From the IMG/VR virus record IMGVR_UViG_3300038393_000403, positions 1 through 41,775 of that record: a stretch of 41,775 nt of DNA, one strand, 5' to 3'. The notes under the pieces were generated by a model. That model had not been told where the DNA came from and made no database searches. It saw only the letters and a list, made by a program, of their open reading frames with translations. The DNA comes from a virus. Lineage: Duplodnaviria; Caudoviricetes. Position numbers and translations under genes: made by a program. Of the stretch, positions 1 to 9,801 are shown piece by piece; position 1 is the stretch's first letter; every line of letters starts with the position of its first letter.

Positions 1-127
1 ATTGTGTTTGATGAGCGCCGTCCTGTGACGTTAGCGGATTTGGTTGGGATGCGATGAAAGTCACGCTGCCGGGCCAGACCACAACGGTTGACGCTGGGGC
101 CGGCGTTGATCCGATCTGGTACGAAAA
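1..127 (+). repeat. Terminal direct repeat, copy 1 (circular-assembly overlap)
   Basis: Identical to 41649-41775; cuts through ORFs 41274-41705 and 54-290. Confidence 0.95.
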
Positions 128-290
128 ACTGCAAGCCATGGCGAAGATCGTCAACGCGTATGACGCGCTATCTCCGCGTCTCGCCATTCTCGCTGACGTG
201 TTCTCTGAAATTGATCCAGACACGCTGACCAATGGTCAGGTGCTAATCTGGAACTCGACCTCCAAGAAATTCGAACCGGGTAGTAATTAA
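54..290 (+). CDS. Small putative virion/tail-associated protein
   Basis: ATGA-coupled to the upstream gene across the circular junction; C-terminal 'LTNGQVLIWNSTSKKFEP' resembles tail-fibre repeat motifs; lies between the tail hub and ejection genes. Confidence 0.6.
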   Translation: MKVTLPGQTTTVDAGAGVDPIWYEKLQAMAKIVNAYDALSPRLAILADVFSEIDPDTLTNGQVLIWNSTSKKFEPGSN

Positions 291-291
291 T

Positions 292-798
292 ATGGTGAAG
301 CGCACTCCGCTCCCTTCGTGTGAGAAACTGCATGAGTTACTGCGCTATGACGCGGAACGAGGGATTCTATGTTGGCGGGATCGCCGGTTAGGCGTCAACG
401 CTAATATGGTGGCCGGCATCGCCACGCATCGCGGGTATATTGTCGTGAGAATAGGCGGAACACTCTACGCAGCTCATCGGGTTATTTGGAAACTGATGAC
501 AGGATCGGAACCCCCGACCCACATCGATCACATAGATACAAACAGATCAAATAACGCGTGGTCCAATCTTCGCGAGGCTGACAATAGCAAAAATATGATG
601 AACTCGCCCGTTAGCAGACAAAACACGTCTGGAGCTAAGGGCGTATCTTGGCACAAAAAGGCAAAAAAGTGGATGGTTTCGGTTAAGCGTGACGGACGCA
701 TTCACTACGGCGGTTTGTTTTTTGAATTCAGCGATGCTGTCGCTGCAATGGAATTGCTGCGGCTTGGACTTCACGGTGAATTTGCGAGGGCCGCATAA
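292..798 (+). CDS. HNH homing endonuclease with C-terminal AP2-like DNA-binding domain
   Basis: 'AHRVIW...IDHIDTNRSNNAWSNLR' HNH motif, then 'NTSGAKGVSWHKKAKKW...G.F...AV.A' AP2-like motif; more AT-rich than its flanks. Confidence 0.9.
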   Translation: MVKRTPLPSCEKLHELLRYDAERGILCWRDRRLGVNANMVAGIATHRGYIVVRIGGTLYAAHRVIWKLMTGSEPPTHIDHIDTNRSNNAWSNLREADNSKNMMNSPVSRQNTSGAKGVSWHKKAKKWMVSVKRDGRIHYGGLFFEFSDAVAAMELLRLGLHGEFARAA

Positions 799-1521
799 AT
801 GGCATCGTTTCTAAGCACGTTGTTCGGTGGCGGCGCTGAAAAAGAAGCCGCCGATAAAAACCGCGCTCTCTACAACGAATATCGCACGACCGGCACGAAT
901 TACGTCAATCAGGGCTACGACACGGCGCGCGGCGATCTCGGCAACGCGTTGGGTGCTTACACCCCGCTGAGTGATCTTGCCGGGAAATACGGCGGCGCAA
1001 GTTCGATGCTGCTCAATGCGCTCGGCGTGAACGGCGCGTCGGGCAATGCTGCGGCAAATGCCGCGTTCACGAATAACCCAGGTTATCAGTCTGGCTTGAC
1101 TGCCGGCCTCGACGCGATCAACCGGCGGCGCGCGGCGTCTGGTATGCTGGCGAGCGGCAACGCGGATCAGGACGCGCAGACGTTCGGCCAGAACCTACAG
1201 AACCAGCAATATAACAACTGGCTTTCGTCGCTCGGCCAGTTCATCAGCCCCGAACTTGCGGCCACGTCTGGCGCGGCAACGGGACAGGCTGGCGTCTACG
1301 GCGGGCTTGGTGCGCTCGCCACGCAGAACGCAGCCGACAAGACAAATATTCTCGGCAGCACGACAACGGGCCTCGCCAGCGCGAACAATCTGCAAGCTCA
1401 AGGCGAAAGCGCCGGCGCAAAGAACTTGCTCGGGCTCGGCACGTCGCTGCTCGGGCTTGGCACTGGTGGCGGCGGGACGGTTGGCGGTTCGCTGCTCAGT
1501 GGTCTTGGGAAACTGTTCTGA
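799..1521 (+). CDS. DNA ejection/pilot protein (P22 gp7-like)
   Basis: Gly/Ala/Asn-rich; 'FTNNPGYQ...AASGMLASG' pattern typical of podovirus ejection proteins; first of three coupled genes after the tail hub. Confidence 0.7.
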   Translation: MASFLSTLFGGGAEKEAADKNRALYNEYRTTGTNYVNQGYDTARGDLGNALGAYTPLSDLAGKYGGASSMLLNALGVNGASGNAAANAAFTNNPGYQSGLTAGLDAINRRRAASGMLASGNADQDAQTFGQNLQNQQYNNWLSSLGQFISPELAATSGAATGQAGVYGGLGALATQNAADKTNILGSTTTGLASANNLQAQGESAGAKNLLGLGTSLLGLGTGGGGTVGGSLLSGLGKLF

Positions 1522-3092
1522 TGGCGATCAACCCCCTCGCGATTCCGAACTACGGCCCCGCGCTCGATATCACGGGCGACCTCGCGCGGCTGACACAGAC
1601 GATCAATGCCGGTCAGAAGCAGCAGAGCTTGGCCGATCTTGGTAAGGGGCTCGCGAACGGAACCATTGATTACAAGCAGGCAGCGGGGCGGCTGGCTGGC
1701 TTGGGCGACATGGGGTCGGCAGTCTCACTGCTGCAACTCGGGCAGAAGCAACAGGAGAGCGCGGCGGCGGCCGATGCGATTACCCGTGCATTTGGCGGCG
1801 GGGGACAGACTTCGGCTCCTGTGGTATCGGGCCCGACTATCCCGAACGACGCCAATGCATTCCCCGGTCAGGCCGGGATGAACATGCGGCTTGCCGACTT
1901 GTCGCAGGACTTCATCCAAGACAATCCTGGCACCTATCTTTCGTCCGGTGTTCGCTCAACTGCCGATCAGGCGCGTCTCTATGCGGATCGGGCAAACAAT
2001 CCGAATCCCGTCGCAGCGCCGGGTACGTCGCGACATGAGCGCGGGTTGGCGGTCGATATTGGCGGGATGAATGCCGATCAGCGCGCATTGCTGCCGCAGT
2101 ACGGTTTGGCGCAGCCGGTTGCGAATGATCCGCCGCATGTCGAACTGGCGGGTGGCGCCGGTGGTGGCAGTCCTGCGGTCGGCGTCATTTCGGACACAGG
2201 ACCGACGCGCGAGCAGATTGCGGCGCTTGCGGCTAACCCGGCTACCCGGCCGCTTGCCATTGAATTGCTCAAGGCCAAGATGACCGGCCAGAAATTCACG
2301 CAAGAGACTGATGCGGACGGCAATATTTGGAGCGTCAACCAGACGACCGGCCAAAGGTCCGTGGTGCTCAAGGCGAGCGACGACAAAGGGCCGAAGGTCG
2401 TCGAGCTTTACGACGAAAAGACAGGGCAGCCTTACAAGGCGACGTACAATAGCCAGACGAAGCAGTATGACCGCATCGGCGGCGTGAAAGCGCCGTCTGG
2501 TATGCAGATCACAACGAACCCGGATGGCACGGTCTCCGTGACGCAGGGCCCGGTCGGTCATGGCAAGCTGACCGAGGGTCAAGCCAAGGATATGGTGTTT
2601 GTCACCCGCGCAACCGGCGCGCTGCCTATCGTGGATAAGCTAGGCGATAAGTTGGCGAGCCTGCCGGAATACGCGGCGGCTCACATGGGCGGCGTCGGCA
2701 ATTACCTCAAGTCGTCCGGCTATCAGAGGGCAGAGCAGGCAGGCAAAGAGTTCTTGCAGGCTATCCTTCGCAAGGATACCGGCGCGGCGATCACCAAGGA
2801 AGAAACAGCCGAATATGGCACGGTGTATCTGCCGCAGCCCGGTGATAGCTCGGCGGTTCTCGCGCAAAAGAAGGCATCGCGTAATCGCGCGGTGCAGGCC
2901 ATTCAACTCGGATTGCCGCCGCAATCAATCCTCGCGCTTGAAAAAGCCAACGTGAAGTTGGTGGGCCAACCGCAAAATGCCGCGCCGCCGCCTGCCGCTA
3001 TCCAAGCGTTGCGCGGCAATCCAGGCCTCAAGGCGCAGTTCGATGCCAAGTATGGCGCGGGTGCAGCTGATAGCGCGCTGGGTGCTCGGTAA
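1521..3092 (+). CDS. DNA ejection protein with internal M15-family (VanY/D,D-peptidase-like) peptidoglycan hydrolase domain
   Basis: 'SGVRSTADQARLY...AAPGTSRHERGLAVDI...DPPHVEL' matches the M15 SxHxxGxAxD...xxH zinc motif; C-terminal 'QFDAKYGAGAA'. Confidence 0.75.
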   Translation: MAINPLAIPNYGPALDITGDLARLTQTINAGQKQQSLADLGKGLANGTIDYKQAAGRLAGLGDMGSAVSLLQLGQKQQESAAAADAITRAFGGGGQTSAPVVSGPTIPNDANAFPGQAGMNMRLADLSQDFIQDNPGTYLSSGVRSTADQARLYADRANNPNPVAAPGTSRHERGLAVDIGGMNADQRALLPQYGLAQPVANDPPHVELAGGAGGGSPAVGVISDTGPTREQIAALAANPATRPLAIELLKAKMTGQKFTQETDADGNIWSVNQTTGQRSVVLKASDDKGPKVVELYDEKTGQPYKATYNSQTKQYDRIGGVKAPSGMQITTNPDGTVSVTQGPVGHGKLTEGQAKDMVFVTRATGALPIVDKLGDKLASLPEYAAAHMGGVGNYLKSSGYQRAEQAGKEFLQAILRKDTGAAITKEETAEYGTVYLPQPGDSSAVLAQKKASRNRAVQAIQLGLPPQSILALEKANVKLVGQPQNAAPPPAAIQALRGNPGLKAQFDAKYGAGAADSALGAR

Positions 3093-5713
3093 TGGCAAAT
3101 TTCTTCGACCAGTTTGACAGCGCGCCGGCACAGAGCGCGGCACCATCTGGCGGGAATTTCTTCGATCAGTTCGATGCGCCTGTTCAACCGGCCGCGCCTG
3201 CCGTGCAGCGGGCGCCGATCCCGCAAGGCGCAACGCATATTACGGTCGGCGCAGCACCGAAGGGAAATGAGCCGCCGGCGGCGCGCGACAACTTCGCGCA
3301 AATCCTGACGGACTTCCAGAATCAAGGCGCAGCGGCCGGCCAGCGCACCACCCCGAACATCGCGGCGCAGTCGAAGAACCTGATCTCATCTGACGTGCAG
3401 GAAGGCGACGACGGCAACGCCTATTTCGTCGATCCGGCGACCGGCAAACTGCAAATCACCGACAGCAACAAGCATGTGATCTTGCGCGACCCGGCAGATG
3501 GTCGGCTCAAGGTCTATGGACGCACCGACGATACCAACGAGGGGATGCTATCGGCGGCGGGGAGGTTGCTGGGGACGGGACTTGCGACCGGATCGCCGGT
3601 CACGCGCGCATTTGGACCGGCTGTTGTCGCCGCAGAAAGCGCGCCGGGGCATGCCGTGGTTGAGGCCGGCCAGCGCATTGGCGTTGGCGTTCCCCGCGCC
3701 ATTGCAAGCGATAGCACGGCCGTTCAGCGCATCGGGCAGGGTATCCGCAATGTCCCGATTGCGGGCGATGCCATCCCGCGCGCCACGCAGCAACTCTCCG
3801 ATGATCTTGGAAGTGCGGTTCAGCGGGTTGCGGGCGAGTTCGGGCAGGGCAGCGGTCCGAACGTAGCGCACCGGATCGGCAACACGTTGGGCGATGCGGC
3901 GCAGCAGGAAACGCGGGCTGCTACGGACGCCGCTCGGCGCACCGATGACGCGCTCCTGGCGGCTCACGAGCGGGCGCAAACGTCCGGCGTTCAGGCGCTC
4001 GATGCTGCCGATGTGCAAGCCCTACAGCGGGCCAGTGGTGCGGTTGGCGATATATCGCCGCAGGACATGGGGCAGGCGATTACAGCGCGCCTGCGGGCCG
4101 GAGAACAGGCCGCAAGGGCCAATAAAGAACGTCTGTACGATGTGGCCGGGCGAAGCGACGGTTCGATCAGTGCGGATGCCGTTGGCGGTGTTCGGGCGCG
4201 GGTTGCTCAGGCGCTCGAAAATGACGGACGAGTGATCGATGGGGTTCTGACTCCGGCGTCGGCTCGAATGCTGGATGAACTGCAACGGTTCTCCGGCATG
4301 AACATTGAAAACCGAGCCGTGGGAGCGCGGGTGCCATCGGTGGCCGGTGAGCCTGCCGAACGCGTTGCCGTGTCGATGCAGGGCGTGGAACAGGTACGGA
4401 AGCGCCTCAATGGAATTTCCCGTGCTGCCACCAATGATGCCGATCGATCAGCCGCGCGGTCCATCATTCGCGAGTTCGACAACTGGCTGAACGATTCATT
4501 CGACAACGCGCTGTTTTCTGGCAGCGAAGAAGCCCTGAACGCCTTTCGGGAGGCACGTGCAGCCAACACTGAATGGCGGGCCCACTTTGGGTTCAATGCA
4601 CGCGATGATGCAGACCGGGTTATCAACCGGATTGCAACCGGCGATGTGACGCCGCAGGAAGTTTCAAACTGGCTGATCGGTGCAAGCAAGGTCGGCAGCA
4701 AGGGCGTATCGTCTCGCCTGCTCACGCGTATTGCGGACGCGACCGGCAACGATCCGCAAGCCATGCAGGCCATCCGGGGCGGCATCTGGAACAGGCTCTC
4801 GCAATCGACTGGCGGCGTTGATGCCAAGGCCGGGGCGAAGGTCGCAAACGACATCAACGAGTTTCTGAACGGCTCGGGGCGGGACGTTGCAAATCGGCTG
4901 TTCACGCCGGAACAGCGCGGCATCATGTCGGCCTATGCTGATACGATCCGCCGCACACAGGCCGGGCGCGAGCATCTGGCCGAGGTCGGGCGGATCACCA
5001 AGCCGACCACGACCGAGGCCGGGATCGGGCCAATGCAGGAACTGGCGAACACGGTTCTCGGCCGCAATGGTCGAACCGATGAAGCGCTGTTCTCTGCCAT
5101 CAATGCCTATGCAAAGTCTGGCAGCCGTGGCGACGTGCAGACCTTGGCGCGGCTATTGAGGGCCATCCCGCAGCAGGATCGAGGCGACCTCGCTGGCGCG
5201 ATCATCCGGCAAGTCGGAATATCGCCGCGTACCGGACAGTTCTCGCCAGACGTGTTCGCCTCGCAATGGCAAACCTACACGCCGCAGGCCAAGGCACTGC
5301 TGTTCGGGAACGCTGGCGCTCACCGGCAGGCGCTCGACGATATCATGACGATCTCGCAGCGCATGAAACAAGTCGGCAGCCGGTTCGGTAATCCATCGGG
5401 GACGGCGCAGAATACGAACATCATGGCGATGGGGGCCGGTGCCATGGCGGCGCCCCTCTCGACGCTGACAGCGGTTCTTGGCGGCGGCGCTGTAGCGCGA
5501 GTGCTGGCATCCCCAGCCGGTGCCGCGAGCGCGGCTAAATGGACCCGCGCTTATTCAGCGCTCCGCATGGCCCCATCAGCGCAGCGTCTTGCCACGTTCG
5601 AAATGGCGTCACGCAATCTCGCCAACACGGCGGGCGTCAATGTGTCCACCACTGAATTTCTGAAAGCGCTGCAAGGCCCCGTACAGGGCCGCGCTCAGGA
5701 CGAACAGCCATAG
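3092..5713 (+). CDS. Large DNA ejection protein (P22 gp16/gp20-like position)
   Basis: 873 aa, Ala/Arg-rich and likely helical; duplicated N-terminal NFFDQFD motif; last gene of the ejection cluster, followed by a terminator. Confidence 0.7.
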   Translation: MANFFDQFDSAPAQSAAPSGGNFFDQFDAPVQPAAPAVQRAPIPQGATHITVGAAPKGNEPPAARDNFAQILTDFQNQGAAAGQRTTPNIAAQSKNLISSDVQEGDDGNAYFVDPATGKLQITDSNKHVILRDPADGRLKVYGRTDDTNEGMLSAAGRLLGTGLATGSPVTRAFGPAVVAAESAPGHAVVEAGQRIGVGVPRAIASDSTAVQRIGQGIRNVPIAGDAIPRATQQLSDDLGSAVQRVAGEFGQGSGPNVAHRIGNTLGDAAQQETRAATDAARRTDDALLAAHERAQTSGVQALDAADVQALQRASGAVGDISPQDMGQAITARLRAGEQAARANKERLYDVAGRSDGSISADAVGGVRARVAQALENDGRVIDGVLTPASARMLDELQRFSGMNIENRAVGARVPSVAGEPAERVAVSMQGVEQVRKRLNGISRAATNDADRSAARSIIREFDNWLNDSFDNALFSGSEEALNAFREARAANTEWRAHFGFNARDDADRVINRIATGDVTPQEVSNWLIGASKVGSKGVSSRLLTRIADATGNDPQAMQAIRGGIWNRLSQSTGGVDAKAGAKVANDINEFLNGSGRDVANRLFTPEQRGIMSAYADTIRRTQAGREHLAEVGRITKPTTTEAGIGPMQELANTVLGRNGRTDEALFSAINAYAKSGSRGDVQTLARLLRAIPQQDRGDLAGAIIRQVGISPRTGQFSPDVFASQWQTYTPQAKALLFGNAGAHRQALDDIMTISQRMKQVGSRFGNPSGTAQNTNIMAMGAGAMAAPLSTLTAVLGGGAVARVLASPAGAASAAKWTRAYSALRMAPSAQRLATFEMASRNLANTAGVNVSTTEFLKALQGPVQGRAQDEQP

Positions 5714-5764
5714 CCCGTAAGGGTAATCGACCAGCATCCAGCAGATCACCAGCCACGCAATAAC

Positions 5765-5792
5765 AGCCGCCCTCAGAGGCGGCTTTTTCTTT
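5765..5792 (+). terminator. Rho-independent terminator
   Basis: AGCCGCC-ctcaga-GGCGGCT hairpin followed by TTTTCTTT. Confidence 0.75.
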
Positions 5793-5801
5793 GGGGCATC
5801 A

Positions 5802-6785
5802 ATGGCAGGCACCATCCCTTTCAGTCTCTCCCAGCAATTTGACAGGTACGGAAAGCCGCTCTCAGGGGGGCTATTCTACCTGATCCAGGCCGGGACGACC
5901 AGCACTCCGCAGAATGCTTATCAGGATAGCGACCTGACGATTGCGCTGCCGAATCCCATCCAGTTGGACGCTGCCGGCCGGCTTCCGCAGTTCTTCCTTG
6001 CTGATGGCACGATCAAGGTTCGTTTGGTCGATAAAGACGGCGTTGTCCAACTCACGGCCGATGGCGTTCAGGTGGTCGGTCCATCGTCTGGCGGCGGCGG
6101 CGGCGGCGGGACCGTAGACGCAACCACCATTTTCCAAGTTGGCGACGTGCTGTGGCAGGACGCGAGCGGCACGCGTGACGGCTGGGTTCGCGACAACGGC
6201 CGCACAATAGGTTCCGCAACGTCGGGGGCAACGGAACGTGCGGCTTCGGACTGTGAGGCGCTGTTCGGATACCTCTGGCAGAAATTCCCGGACACGACTT
6301 GCCCAGTGGCAGGCGGTCGCGGTGCTTCATCGTCGGCAGACTGGGGCGCGAACAAGACGATCCAGATGCCGGATAAACGCCTGTATGTCCCCGGTGGTCT
6401 GGCCGGTATGGGTAACACGGCGCTGACTTTGCCGTCCGGCGTCCCGATCATCAGTGGCGATGCCGTCACGGCGGGAAGCTGTATCGGCGCATCCACGCAT
6501 GTCCTGACCGCCGCGCAACTTGCTGAGCATACGCATAGCGGTCGCACCGACTTCATGGACAGCAATCAAGAGCACGCCCACTCGTCGAATGCGGCGGCGA
6601 ACAACGGCGGCGCGACGACGGGCGGCGGCAGTTTCACGTCCAACGATCCTTCCGGCGCGACGATCAATCCGGCCAACATCGATCACCGGCACTACTTCAC
6701 GACCGACAAGGGCGCGGGGATCACGAACTCGGCTCACAACAACATGCAACTGACCGTGCTCGGCACCTTCTATAGGAAATTGTGA
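5802..6785 (+). CDS. Tail fibre protein (head-binding-like N-terminus, tail-collar-like C-terminus)
   Basis: N-terminal 'GKPLSGG...AGTTSTPQNAYQD...NPIQLDAAGR' as in podovirus tailspike attachment domains; 'THVLTAAQLAEHTH...AHNNMQ' tail-collar-type motif; poly-Gly linker. Confidence 0.7.
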   Translation: MAGTIPFSLSQQFDRYGKPLSGGLFYLIQAGTTSTPQNAYQDSDLTIALPNPIQLDAAGRLPQFFLADGTIKVRLVDKDGVVQLTADGVQVVGPSSGGGGGGGTVDATTIFQVGDVLWQDASGTRDGWVRDNGRTIGSATSGATERAASDCEALFGYLWQKFPDTTCPVAGGRGASSSADWGANKTIQMPDKRLYVPGGLAGMGNTALTLPSGVPIISGDAVTAGSCIGASTHVLTAAQLAEHTHSGRTDFMDSNQEHAHSSNAAANNGGATTGGGSFTSNDPSGATINPANIDHRHYFTTDKGAGITNSAHNNMQLTVLGTFYRKL

Positions 6786-7105
6786 CCATGTTCACCGGCT
6801 CACTGCCTGCCGCGTCGAACCGCGCGGACTGGTCCGAGGTGTTCGAAATTTTCGATGACGAAACCGGCGACCAGATTGATTTGTCCGCCGCGACCATTGT
6901 GTTCGAGCTTCGCGAATCCGGTTGCCGCATTCAAGCGACAATCACGCTGGTCGATACGGGGAAGTTCACGGCGTCATTCACGCGCGACCAGCTAAATCGG
7001 CTCTGCTCCGGCACGTACAGCGTCGGATGCACGATCACCCGAAACGACATCATCACCCAGGAATTCATTGGCACGCTCGCCGTGCTTGACGGAGTTGTCC
7101 GATGA
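6782..7105 (+). CDS. Small tail adaptor protein (beta-rich, BppU-N-like)
   Basis: GTGA-coupled between two fibre genes; 'IDLSAATIVFELR...G.Y.V' pattern. Confidence 0.5.
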   Translation: MTMFTGSLPAASNRADWSEVFEIFDDETGDQIDLSAATIVFELRESGCRIQATITLVDTGKFTASFTRDQLNRLCSGTYSVGCTITRNDIITQEFIGTLAVLDGVVR

Positions 7106-9744
7106 CGATTGCGATGCGCCACGTTGTCAAATTTCCGGCCAATGTTCAGGCGACCGCTGGTGTTGAGGTTGCTCGGTCTGGTGGCACTTACACCTTCAAG
7201 CTGAATTACAACGAACTCGCGCCGTCCAGCGAGGTCCAATCTGCGGCGCTCATCGCGTTCATGGACCCGCTAACGGGTGCCATGGGTGTTACGTCGCTGT
7301 CCGCTGCGACCAATTCGAACGCCAACATTCAGGCCATCGCCCAAACGCCGACTGATGCCGATAAGGTCGGCTACTGGAATGGTAGCGCGTCCTATGCGCT
7401 GGCAGATTTTACCAGCTTCGCACGAACGCTCGTCGCATCGGCTGATGCAGGCGTGGCCCGATCTGCTCTCGGTTCTGTCATCGGGACGGACGTACAGGCG
7501 CATTCCAGCAATCTGGATGATTTTTCGAGCAAGGCTGCGCCGGCCGGTGTTGTTGTCGGCACCAGCGACACGCAGACGCTGACCGGCAAGACGATCTCAG
7601 GTAGCGACAACACTCTCACCCATATCCCGAACAGCGCGTTGAACATCGGCACTGCTGCCAATCAGATCGTTGCCTTGGACGGCAGCGGGAAACTCCCGGC
7701 CATCGACGGTTCTCAACTGACCGGGCTTCCGGGTGGCGGCGACATGCTCAAATCGAGCTACGACCCCGGCGCCATCGATTCCAACGCCTTCGACGGCTAC
7801 CCGATTGCCAACCGGACCACGCTGGCCGGTCTGGACATGTCGAAGTTTACGACGGCTTATCTACGAGAAAGCGGGCGTGAGGGTGTATTTGTTCGCAACC
7901 TGTCTGACCTCTCCACGCAAGTCACGGCCGACACAGGGCAGGGCGATTATGTCCCGCCTACGGCTGACACAACCGGCGCAAGCGGCGCGTGGCAGCGGGT
8001 TCGCAAGTTCGGGGATTTGTTCAAAACGAGCGAGTACGGCGACGACATCGCAAAGGCCATGGCAGCGTGCGCGGCGCGCGGCGGTGGTACGGTAGAGATC
8101 AACAAAGTCGGTTCGATGTCGCTGCCGAAGGGGCTCATCAAGCCTGCGAATGTCGAGTTGGTTGGCCTAGGCGCCGGTAAAACAATCATCGTCCCGACGT
8201 TCACGACCCTTGCTGATTTCGCGAACTTGGGCGGCGATGGTGTCGGGTATTGGTCGCTTGCGACGCAGGACGGAAACAGCGGCTCGATGACTGAACTGCC
8301 GGCGTTCTCTGCGGTTGGCAAAAATGAAACTGAGATGGCGTTTACTTCAGCCCATGGGCTGAAAGTTGGCGATGAGATGTGCCGCTACGACTCTGCCGAC
8401 TATTCGTTCTCGGCTTACCGTCCATATTATCGCCGGGGCGATAGATGCTTCATTATGGGTGTAGATGGCCTCAAGGTTTACACGGATAAGGGAGCTTTGG
8501 ACACGTATGTCTACAGTTCGACTGTAAAAGCCTACAAGGTCCACAAGTGGGAAGGTAAGTTTGGGGGATTCTCGGTCGATGCCAGTGGCGTCGACCCCGC
8601 GCTTTCGTCATGGGGTGTGGTCAAGGTTTTTCGCGCGGCGAGCGCGGAAGTGGATGACATCGAGGTATTCGGCACTGATTCATCCGGTATTGAATTTGAC
8701 CAGTGCATGAACATGCGCCCGCCTCGGATGCGCTGTGCCTCTCAGATGGATGGGGCGGCTGATACAACGCATTATCCGCTGTTACTTACGAGTTGTTCCG
8801 ATGTGGTCATTACGGGCGGCGTCGGGCGCGGCATCTGGTGCGGCGGCGATATCAGCGGGTATGACACTCCGGGCGGGACGCAAAGCTATCGCAGCGGATA
8901 TGACGGTTGCGAGATTGTCAATTCCGGTACATCGCCAGCCGCTGGCGTACATGGCAACAGCCAAGAGTGCTTCTATCGGAATTGCAAGATCGATGGTGGA
9001 GCCTGTCTCGGCGGCCTGAATTTCACGCTTGATAGCAATGACGTCACGGTCCATCGCGGAACAAATTCAGTACTCTATTACGGCTCAGATGTGGTTGGCG
9101 GGTGGATGAACATCATCAACTGTAACGCCAGTTCTCAAAAAAATGGAGGCGGTGAGGCTGCGCCGCGAGCAGCGGTATTTTTCCGCGTGGAAGCGTCTGC
9201 CAGCGAGGAAGTGTTTCTCAATATTCAGGGCGGCTCGATCTTTGCATCAGCCGAGACGCGCCCGATGTACTTCGAGACGCTTTCCACCGCCGCGCCGCTC
9301 TCCTATGCCATTGACGGCGTGCGCGTTGATTTCCAGTCTTGCAACACTGATGGGTTCGTGCGTGTCCTCAAGTCGGCCGCCCATACGACGCCTCAATTTG
9401 CGATCCAGCGCAACATCAAAAATTTTGTTCCTTCGCAACCGTGGGCTCGCTGGGATGGCGGGTATGTTGCGACGCAAATGGAAATGCCTCCCTACGCAGG
9501 AACTTGGAGCGATACTTCGACGGCGGTCGCGAGCATTAATTCGATCATCACTTTGCCCCACGCCTACCCGACAGGATATCCCGTTAAAGCGTGGGCCATG
9601 ATTACCACAAACAACCTTGGCCCGAACGTCGTAACGCTCATTTGGGATAAGGGATTGTCCTATATCCGGCCGATGATTGCGACGGCGTCAGGGAGCAACT
9701 TCACCTCGGGGGTGGCCTTCACGGTGGACTGGGGGGTGAAGTGA
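7102..9744 (+). CDS. Tailspike / receptor-binding protein, probable beta-helix polysaccharide depolymerase
   Basis: N-terminal fibre motifs 'FTSFARTL...ARSALG' and 'GTAANQIVALDGSGKLPAIDGSQL'; 'DIAKAMAACAARGGGTV...VELVGLGAGKTII' pectate-lyase-like entry motif followed by beta-rich repeats. Confidence 0.8.
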   Translation: MTIAMRHVVKFPANVQATAGVEVARSGGTYTFKLNYNELAPSSEVQSAALIAFMDPLTGAMGVTSLSAATNSNANIQAIAQTPTDADKVGYWNGSASYALADFTSFARTLVASADAGVARSALGSVIGTDVQAHSSNLDDFSSKAAPAGVVVGTSDTQTLTGKTISGSDNTLTHIPNSALNIGTAANQIVALDGSGKLPAIDGSQLTGLPGGGDMLKSSYDPGAIDSNAFDGYPIANRTTLAGLDMSKFTTAYLRESGREGVFVRNLSDLSTQVTADTGQGDYVPPTADTTGASGAWQRVRKFGDLFKTSEYGDDIAKAMAACAARGGGTVEINKVGSMSLPKGLIKPANVELVGLGAGKTIIVPTFTTLADFANLGGDGVGYWSLATQDGNSGSMTELPAFSAVGKNETEMAFTSAHGLKVGDEMCRYDSADYSFSAYRPYYRRGDRCFIMGVDGLKVYTDKGALDTYVYSSTVKAYKVHKWEGKFGGFSVDASGVDPALSSWGVVKVFRAASAEVDDIEVFGTDSSGIEFDQCMNMRPPRMRCASQMDGAADTTHYPLLLTSCSDVVITGGVGRGIWCGGDISGYDTPGGTQSYRSGYDGCEIVNSGTSPAAGVHGNSQECFYRNCKIDGGACLGGLNFTLDSNDVTVHRGTNSVLYYGSDVVGGWMNIINCNASSQKNGGGEAAPRAAVFFRVEASASEEVFLNIQGGSIFASAETRPMYFETLSTAAPLSYAIDGVRVDFQSCNTDGFVRVLKSAAHTTPQFAIQRNIKNFVPSQPWARWDGGYVATQMEMPPYAGTWSDTSTAVASINSIITLPHAYPTGYPVKAWAMITTNNLGPNVVTLIWDKGLSYIRPMIATASGSNFTSGVAFTVDWGVK

Positions 9745-9801
9745 CCGGTTGAACTAGTGCTGTTGGCGTGGCAAATTCCGCCTTCATTTTTGGAGGCGGC
9801 G

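Noticed and set aside
6090-6110. GGC triplet run as a phase-variation tract
   Set aside because: In-frame poly-Gly linker between fibre domains; slippage would not shift the frame
5802-9744. Diversity-generating retroelement or invertible tail-fibre cassette
   Set aside because: No reverse transcriptase, invertase, template/variable repeat pair or inverted crossover sites seen
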